Source of the DNA: a virus
Direction: 5' to 3' (one strand)
IMG/VR virus record: IMGVR_UViG_3300040801_001654
Coordinates: 1 to 45,808 of that record
Length of the DNA: 45,808 nt
Part shown: positions 16,809 through 21,701 of the stretch, piece by piece
Position numbering within the stretch: the stretch's first letter is position 1
Layout: every line of letters begins with the position of its first letter
The notes under the pieces: model-generated
Seen by the model: only the letters and a program-made list of their open reading frames with translations
What the model was told of the DNA's origin: nothing
The model's database searches: none
Position numbers and translations under genes: made by a program

Positions 16809-17999
16809 TTATTTATTTAGTATTTCTTCAACCTCATCAGGTCTTATCTCTAGCATAATATCATCTATATCCCTAGCGTATCTGACTATGTTAGAATAGA
16901 ACTCCTTGTAGGTTATGTTGTAAGTATCAAGATGTGTCTTAACAATCTTTCTTAACCTATCACTATCACTCAATTCTTGTAATCCCTGTTCAACTGTTGT
17001 AGCCTTGTGTGATAACATATACTTGAGTAATCTAAATCTATTCATCAAGTCCTCCTTATCTCTAGGTGGGTCAAATATCCTGAACTCCAATCCACTGCCC
17101 TGATAACTTCCCCTCTTACTAAGGGCGTATCTTCCAGCCTGTTTATATATATTCTTATTCTTAGGTTCGCAATAATGGTTCGCTGTTCTTTTAGGAAACA
17201 GAGCATATATCATTGGTAAATACCCAGCCATATCATCTATAAGTTCGTCAGGCGTTCTGTACTTGTCTGACACTGTCATATGACCACCACAGTTATCTGA
17301 ATAACTTGTGTTTATCAGTTGGTTCAGCAACCCCTTGCTAAACAGTTCATCTAAATACCCTATCTTTAAGGGGTATATAGGACTAACAGCCTCAAATCCC
17401 CAATCATAATCTAACGAGGCATCTTCCTCCATAACCCAGCCAGTTTTATCTAATAAGTCATACTTATCCACCTCATCTTTAAAATACTCATCTTCTCTCT
17501 CCAGTTCAACCCCTACAGCATATCTATAACCCCCTGTAAGATTATCCCTACCCTTACCACTATGATAACTAAATGTATTATTGCTTTTATCATGTTCGTT
17601 GTAACAATCTTCACAGTAAGTACAATCATCTCTCTCAGAATAACATAAGTTATCAATATGCGTAGTCCAGCCACAATCTTCACAACTACCATAACTATCA
17701 CAATAGCAATCTTCACACACCCTATCATCTTCACTATCAATGTAATATGTGCAATCCGTTTGAACCCACTCATCACAATGAAAGCATTGAGTATAGTGTT
17801 TATTTAAACAGTTATCACATACATATCCACCATTGTCAACATATGTCATATCATCAGTTAAGTGATATTCTCCACACTCCAGACACTTGCTAACACACTC
17901 ATCACAAAATTGTTCACCATCAATTTCTATAAAGGTTATGTTTATATTGCTATCAAAGACCCCACCACAATTAACGCACTCTAGTTTTATGTCTTTCAT
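16809..17999 (-). CDS. Amidoligase paralogue 1: four tandem zinc ribbons plus a GS-like amidoligase domain
   Basis: Four CxxC(G)-N17-25-CxxC units in aa 1-135, then YAVGVELEREDE, EEDASLDYDWGFEAVSPIYPL, CGGHMTVS, GLEFRIFDPP. Confidence 0.7.
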   Translation of the reverse strand: MKDIKLECVNCGGVFDSNINITFIEIDGEQFCDECVSKCLECGEYHLTDDMTYVDNGGYVCDNCLNKHYTQCFHCDEWVQTDCTYYIDSEDDRVCEDCYCDSYGSCEDCGWTTHIDNLCYSERDDCTYCEDCYNEHDKSNNTFSYHSGKGRDNLTGGYRYAVGVELEREDEYFKDEVDKYDLLDKTGWVMEEDASLDYDWGFEAVSPIYPLKIGYLDELFSKGLLNQLINTSYSDNCGGHMTVSDKYRTPDELIDDMAGYLPMIYALFPKRTANHYCEPKNKNIYKQAGRYALSKRGSYQGSGLEFRIFDPPRDKEDLMNRFRLLKYMLSHKATTVEQGLQELSDSDRLRKIVKTHLDTYNITYKEFYSNIVRYARDIDDIMLEIRPDEVEEILNK

Positions 18000-18183
18000 A
18001 ACATCTAAAATTATAACTTAGTCGCTTTTAACTTAACACAGTTTTATACCCCCTACACTAACAAATTATATTGTATATGAAACACCAAAAGTACCCCTGA
18101 CCTATTCAATATATTTAGCCAGTATCCCATAATCCAATGTATAATTATATTGTATTATGAGAATTCTTATTCTATACCCTTAG

Positions 18184-18199
18184 TGTTTCATATGAAACA
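18184..18199. promoter_or_regulatory. Perfect 16-bp palindrome TGTTTCATATGAAACA in the operon leader (operator or RNA hairpin)
   Basis: Read directly. A half-site copy ATATGAAACA lies at 18075-18084. Both sit between the promoter (18229-18257) and ATG 17999. Confidence 0.4.
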
Positions 18200-18228
18200 T
18201 TATCTTTTACCTCTCAACTATCTGATAC

Positions 18229-18257
18229 AGTATATCATAACTGTACCAAACTGTCAA
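18229..18257 (-). promoter_or_regulatory. sigma70-type promoter TTGACA-N17-TATACT driving the amidoligase operon
   Basis: Minus strand reads TTGACAgtttggtacagttatgaTATACTgtat. It shares the 16-nt ttatgatatactgtat with the promoter at 18642-18670. Confidence 0.65.
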
Positions 18258-18277
18258 TATCCTATAGTTATCCGATA

Positions 18278-18583
18278 CTATAGGTCGTATCCCAATCCAT
18301 ACCCTTCTAAAATACATGTACCATGATATATAGCCTGTCGCCTTACATCATCACTATCCTTGCTATGTGTATATACCTCCTTGTAATCATACACATTATC
18401 TATTACTGTATAATCTAAGATTTTACCATTTAAAACCTTAGCAACAGCGTAATTATCCTCAATGATATACAGCCTATATATACCTCTCTTAGTTTGGTCG
18501 ATAGCGTTATCTCTAAAGAAACTAAGACTATACGGGCTAACCTTTTCATTGAGTAAACTACCGAAGTAATCTACTTTTCTCAT
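18278..18583 (-). CDS. Early protein, function unknown
   Basis: 101-aa ORF downstream of two tandem promoters. Confidence 0.6.
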   Translation of the reverse strand: MRKVDYFGSLLNEKVSPYSLSFFRDNAIDQTKRGIYRLYIIEDNYAVAKVLNGKILDYTVIDNVYDYKEVYTHSKDSDDVRRQAIYHGTCILEGYGLGYDL

Positions 18584-18641
18584 AATGAAAGAGATTAAAA
18601 TTATTTAGTTGTACTATCACACTTATTGAAAAGTGTAATAC

Positions 18642-18670
18642 AGTATATCATAATTGAAAGTAATTGTCAA
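18642..18670 (-). promoter_or_regulatory. sigma70-type promoter TTGACA-N17-TATACT
   Basis: Minus strand reads TTGACAattactttcaattatgaTATACTgtat. Confidence 0.65.
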
Positions 18671-18722
18671 GTACATTATGATATATTGTAAAACAGCCTT
18701 TTTCTCTTAACTTTCTAACCCC

Positions 18723-18751
18723 ATTATACAGGAAGTGTAATCAGGTGTCAA
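18723..18751 (-). promoter_or_regulatory. sigma70-type promoter TTGACA-N17-TATAAT (in tandem with 18642-18670)
   Basis: Minus strand reads TTGACAcctgattacacttcctgTATAAT. Confidence 0.6.
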
Positions 18752-18834
18752 GTATAATTTTAGACTTGTAGTATTACACACTACAGGCTTAATTGTCAGG
18801 TTTAAATGTACTATAGGTTAGTATCCTATATAGT

Positions 18835-18856
18835 GAGCCTATAGTTGTATAGGCTC
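18835..18856 (-). terminator. Hairpin GAGCCTATA-gttg-TATAGGCTC, 13 nt past the stop of 18870..19076
   Basis: 9-bp perfect stem and 4-nt loop. No U-tract, so it may be a processing or stability element rather than a classical terminator. Confidence 0.35.
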
Positions 18857-18869
18857 ATACTATAAGATA

Positions 18870-19076
18870 TTATCTCAACTCTGATATATCAATATCAGGC
18901 TGGTAATCATCATCATCTACTATCTCAAGAATATCCTTAGATAGTACACTAAGAGGCTCGTTTAGGCTTTCATACTCCTCAATCCACGCCTCATACTCCT
19001 CATCAGTTATAGGATATTCAATGTCCTCAATTGATAATATACCCTCAATACCCTCAGAGATTAAATAATTATCCAT
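18870..19076 (-). CDS. Highly acidic early protein (DNA-mimic / anti-restriction candidate)
   Basis: 68 aa with about 23 D/E against 2 K/R. Lies in the early promoter region. Confidence 0.55.
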   Translation of the reverse strand: MDNYLISEGIEGILSIEDIEYPITDEEYEAWIEEYESLNEPLSVLSKDILEIVDDDDYQPDIDISELR

Positions 19077-19134
19077 ATTACTATAGGATAAAGTTAAATA
19101 AGTTGTAAAGAACTATAGGTTATTAGCCTATATA

Positions 19135-19160
19135 CAGAGCCTATAACTAGATAGGCTCTG
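19135..19160 (-). terminator. Hairpin CAGAGCCTAT-aactag-ATAGGCTCTG, 11 nt past the stop of 19172..19495
   Basis: 10-bp perfect stem. Shares the GAGCCTAT core with the hairpin at 18835. Confidence 0.35.
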
Positions 19161-19171
19161 ACTATAGGATA

Positions 19172-19495
19172 CTACTCGATATATGCTATATCGTTTATAT
19201 AGTACATAATAGCCTCTTGTTTCATCTCTGCTTTGAGGTCTAAGGCTATCTTAATTACTTGTTCAACCTCATCATCTGATAGGCTTTCACACCTACTAAC
19301 AAGTCTTATAGTATTCTCTACTATAAGTTGCTCATTATTGGCTATATAATAGCCTTTACCCTCTATTCTATCACAACCCCCAAACAGTTTAGATAGACTA
19401 TAGGCTATATCCTCTACATATTCACTATTATCTATAGGCTCATCTAAGCCTATAGTAGAGGGAACTACTATTGAAACACTATAGGGTAGTTTCAT
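19172..19495 (-). CDS. Early protein, function unknown
   Basis: 107-aa ORF downstream of the promoter at 19556-19584. Confidence 0.6.
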   Translation of the reverse strand: MKLPYSVSIVVPSTIGLDEPIDNSEYVEDIAYSLSKLFGGCDRIEGKGYYIANNEQLIVENTIRLVSRCESLSDDEVEQVIKIALDLKAEMKQEAIMYYINDIAYIE

Positions 19496-19555
19496 ATCTT
19501 TAAAATTATTAAATTATATAAAGAGCCTCAAGCCTTTTAGTTGCCTGACTATACC

Positions 19556-19584
19556 AATATACAATGAGGCATGGTAGAAGTCAA
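19556..19584 (-). promoter_or_regulatory. sigma70-type promoter TTGACT-N17-TATATT
   Basis: Minus strand reads TTGACTtctaccatgcctcattgTATATT. Confidence 0.5.
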
Positions 19585-19592
19585 GAAGATAA

Positions 19593-19622
19593 TTGTTATA
19601 GGTCTAGTTGCTCTGGTATAAT
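19593..19622 (+). promoter_or_regulatory. Orphan rightward promoter TTGTTA-N18-(TGg)TATAAT facing an ORF-free stretch
   Basis: TTGTTA 19593-19598. Extended -10 TGgTATAAT 19614-19622. Back to back with the leftward promoter at 19556-19584. Confidence 0.4.
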
Positions 19623-19796
19623 ATAATGATAATATAGCCTTGTAAAAAGTAAATTGAATATACAAGAATAATATTATAGGCTCATGTTTTCAAGTATATC
19701 ACCAGTTTAAAAGACTTTTAGCATAGAGTACACTATAGGCTAGTAGTTATTTTCGCCAATCACCCCTGCTCACTATAGGTCTATATACATAATAAT

Positions 19797-19863
19797 ACCC
19801 TATAGTAATACTACTCATACCAGAGATTGAAAGTTTTACTATGGGTCGTTTGGGGTTACCCCT
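19797..19863 (+). repeat. Copy A of a ~67-nt tripartite unit CCTATAGTAA..GAGATTGAAA..GGGGTT
   Basis: cCCTATAGTAAtactactcataccaGAGATTGAAAgttttactatgggtcgtttGGGGTTacccc. Followed by TTATTTTT. Confidence 0.5.
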
Positions 19864-19907
19864 TATTTTTGCCTATAGTAAAGCACTATCACCCTATTAT
19901 ATAATGT

Positions 19908-19975
19908 ATCCTATAGTAAAGGGGGGGTACGACACCGAGATTGAAATTTCCCAGGGGGGCGGGGTTCCACCCTGT
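19908..19975 (+). repeat. Copy B of the tripartite unit
   Basis: tCCTATAGTAAagggggggtacgacaccGAGATTGAAAtttcccaggggggcGGGGTTccaccc. Confidence 0.5.
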
Positions 19976-19998
19976 TAATACGGGACAATTGGCACCTA

Positions 19999-20013
19999 TG
20001 TACGCACACTATG
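19999..20013. promoter_or_regulatory. Operator-like direct repeat TGTACGCACA(c)TATGG, copy 1 (copy 2 at 20051-20065 lies inside the RHH promoter spacer)
   Basis: The two copies are 52 nt apart, and copy 2 fills the spacer of the promoter at 20043-20071. Confidence 0.4.
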
Positions 20014-20042
20014 GGGTAAAAGTTATATAGGGCGAGTAGGTA

Positions 20043-20071
20043 TTGCGCTTTGTACGCACATATGGTATAAT
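20043..20071 (+). promoter_or_regulatory. Promoter TTGCGC-N17-(TGg)TATAAT for the RHH gene
   Basis: TTGCGC 20043-20048, TGgTATAAT 20063-20071, then AAGGGG RBS and ATG 20100. Confidence 0.5.
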
Positions 20072-20099
20072 AGGTTATTAACTTATAAGGGGTATTGGT

Positions 20100-20297
20100 A
20101 TGAAGGAGAGCAGGGTACATTTGCGCACAGAGCCTACAGTAAAGAGGTTGTGGGAGAGGGAGGCTGAGAAGCGTCATTTAACGTTGAGTGAGTTTATACA
20201 CGAGGCTGTGAGGGAGTATATAGAGTTTGGTAATGTAAGGGTGAAGAAGGAGGCAGTGGGGAATGCGCCAAAAAAGCACGTAACCTATTTTAAGTAG
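20100..20297 (+). CDS. Ribbon-helix-helix (CopG/Arc/ParD-like) DNA-binding protein
   Basis: SRVHLRTEP (beta strand) - TVKRLWEREAEKRH (helix) - LTLSEFIHEAVREYI (helix). It is the only rightward gene inside the leftward arm. Confidence 0.6.
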   Translation: MKESRVHLRTEPTVKRLWEREAEKRHLTLSEFIHEAVREYIEFGNVRVKKEAVGNAPKKHVTYFK

Positions 20298-20439
20298 GTT
20301 GTATCATAGGGAGTAGTAGTAGTAGAATAAGGGAGAGTAGCACTGCCATGCCCAGTTTACGTGGGCTATCCAGTAGGTGTATAAACACGGGTACTAGGAC
20401 TAGTAGTACGAACGCTTGTATCATTAATGTTCTTTTCAT
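20290..20439 (-). CDS. Possible 49-aa two-TM peptide
   Basis: Hand translation: MKRTLMIQAFVLLVLVPVFIHLLDSPRKLGMAVLLSLILLLLLPMIQPT*. Its 3' end overlaps the RHH 3' end by 8 nt. No SD. Confidence 0.3.
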   Translation of the reverse strand: MKRTLMIQAFVLLVLVPVFIHLLDSPRKLGMAVLLSLILLLLLPMIQPT

Positions 20440-20456
20440 AATAATAAAGGTTTAAT

Positions 20457-20594
20457 TTATTTACGACTTTTAAACGCCACCACAGGAATCATTAGGATGA
20501 CTATGGTAAACACTAGCAGTCCCCACGAGAAGTCTGTTTGGGCTCCCCCCAGGGTAGCGTAGTAGTGTTGTCGTTCTGCTTGGTAGGTAGTCAT
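20457..20594 (-). CDS. Possible 45-aa single-TM peptide coupled to the exonuclease gene
   Basis: ATG overlaps the exonuclease stop (TAATG). TM segment WGLLVFTIVILMIPVVAF. Confidence 0.35.
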   Translation of the reverse strand: MTTYQAERQHYYATLGGAQTDFSWGLLVFTIVILMIPVVAFKSRK

Positions 20595-21361
20595 TAGCCT
20601 CTTGAATCCATATAATTTAAATCAGGATTACGGTATATCTTGCGCCCTTTAGTCCACCCTCCGCAATCCAGGCATTGGTATCGTTTACGTTTACCTGTCT
20701 TAGTAGCGTAGAATCCTCCTTTACGCAGGTTGTGAGACCCACACTTAGGGCAGCATTCAGGCTGGTCGTCTATTACGGCTAGACTTGGGTGATTACTCAT
20801 CCACGGTCTTAGCTCGTAGTAGAGGTCTTCTAGTGCTTCAACGTCTGCTTTACAATAGTCTTTCATATGGTCCCAGTCTTTTCTAACTCCATTAAGGCAT
20901 CCTTTAATAACTTCTATGCCTCCCATATCTTCTTTTAAGCGAAGGTCCATAGTCTTACAAAGGTGCTTAAGGCTGTTAGAAGAGAACCCAGCGACTCTAC
21001 GAGCCACTTTAAGGGTGTCTACTGTAGAGCTAGGCTTAGGTGGTTCCATTTTATGGTACATCATTCTAGCGTGCGCCTTTTTAATATCATATCTATCTCC
21101 ATTATGGGCTACCAGTATGTCTGCTTCATTGAATAGTTCGTGTAGTTTCTCCACTACGTGTATATCGTTATTAACTCCTGGTTCCCAGTCCTCAAAATCA
21201 TCCTGTCCTATAACGTGGGGTATCTTAGCGTCCGCCCACTTGTATGCGAAGCATAGTATCTGCCAGTCTTCCACTACATCTATAGCGTCTGACTTCCACA
21301 ATCTCCAGTTGTAGCTGATTATAGGGCTTATCTCAATATCAAAGAATAGTATTTTAGCCAT
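20594..21361 (-). CDS. RNase H-fold 3'-5' exonuclease (DnaQ/PolB-exo-like) with a C-terminal zinc ribbon
   Basis: Start moved to MAKILFFDIEISP (ExoI DxE). HNGDRYD is ExoII-like and YCKADVEAL is ExoIII-like. C-terminal CPKCG...CLDCG. Confidence 0.7.
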   Translation of the reverse strand: MAKILFFDIEISPIISYNWRLWKSDAIDVVEDWQILCFAYKWADAKIPHVIGQDDFEDWEPGVNNDIHVVEKLHELFNEADILVAHNGDRYDIKKAHARMMYHKMEPPKPSSTVDTLKVARRVAGFSSNSLKHLCKTMDLRLKEDMGGIEVIKGCLNGVRKDWDHMKDYCKADVEALEDLYYELRPWMSNHPSLAVIDDQPECCPKCGSHNLRKGGFYATKTGKRKRYQCLDCGGWTKGRKIYRNPDLNYMDSRG

Positions 21362-21602
21362 TATTTTGTTCCTGTAAGAGTTTAATAAACTCCTTAGCGT
21401 CTTTAATCCTCTCAAATACCATAGGGTGTTCATTCCACCTTTCTGACACCACCACTCTTTCTTCCACACGCTTATTAAACAGACCACCAACAACTATGTT
21501 TTCTATAACGGCTGGCCTGTAATGCTCTACCTTATAGCCCCAACTATCAAAAACCCAGTTCCTCTTACTAAGGGGCACTTTTTTAATTCTCCAATCTTTC
21601 AT
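21354..21602 (-). CDS. Hypothetical protein
   Basis: 82-aa ORF. Its stop overlaps the next ATG (ATGGCTAA). Confidence 0.55.
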   Translation of the reverse strand: MKDWRIKKVPLSKRNWVFDSWGYKVEHYRPAVIENIVVGGLFNKRVEERVVVSERWNEHPMVFERIKDAKEFIKLLQEQNNG

Positions 21603-21628
21603 AACAATCCTTTTAAAAGTTAAATCCG

Positions 21629-21701
21629 TGGAGACGGGAGGAGTTGAACCTCCGTTTAAGCCGTTCGGTATAAAGCCCTGGCTTACTTACCCGTCGTCCC
21701 C
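21629..21701 (-). ncRNA. 73-nt tRNA-like domain: 7-bp acceptor stem with G3:U70 and a canonical T-arm; D and anticodon arms are degenerate
   Basis: Minus strand reads GGGGACG-N41-GGAGG-UUCAACU-CCUCC-CGUCUCC-A. All 7 acceptor pairs form, including G3:U70. The length is exactly tRNA-sized. The best anticodon-arm fold has only 4 of 5 pairs (loop AUACCGA). Confidence 0.5.

Noticed and set aside
13044-17999. Assigning the amidotransferase/ligase operon to DNA hypermodification, such as thymidine or 7-deazaguanine pathways.
   Set aside because: The genome has no dUMP hydroxymethylase/thymidylate-synthase homologue, no 5-hmdU kinase, no DpdA/Tgt and no QueC-type gene. The idea remains testable by nucleoside LC-MS, but the sequence does not support it.
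19077-19135. CCTATAGT read as a TATAGT -10 box, which would make every ACTATAGG site a leftward promoter.
   Set aside because: I checked several copies (19112, 19161). No -35-like hexamer lies at 16-18 nt, and one copy sits only 4 nt from an ATG.
19765-19790. gctCACTATAGGtct and several other ACTATAGG sites resemble the core of T7-class phage RNA polymerase promoters (CACTATAGG).
   Set aside because: I recognised no single-subunit RNA polymerase gene: the 1153-aa protein lacks the T7-type motifs. The matches do not extend beyond the CTATAG palindrome. The genome also has abundant consensus host-type promoters.
19911-20177. The 88-aa minus-strand ORF in the track.
   Set aside because: It overlaps the RHH promoter, the operator repeats and the RHH coding start. 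Its composition is Cys/Pro/Leu-rich and unlike protein.
21629-21701. A phage attP core, meaning a copy of the 3' end of a host tRNA or tmRNA gene used for integration.
   Set aside because: No integrase, excisionase or lysogeny module appears anywhere in the closed genome. In addition, the matching 5' acceptor strand is present, which an attP fragment would not need.
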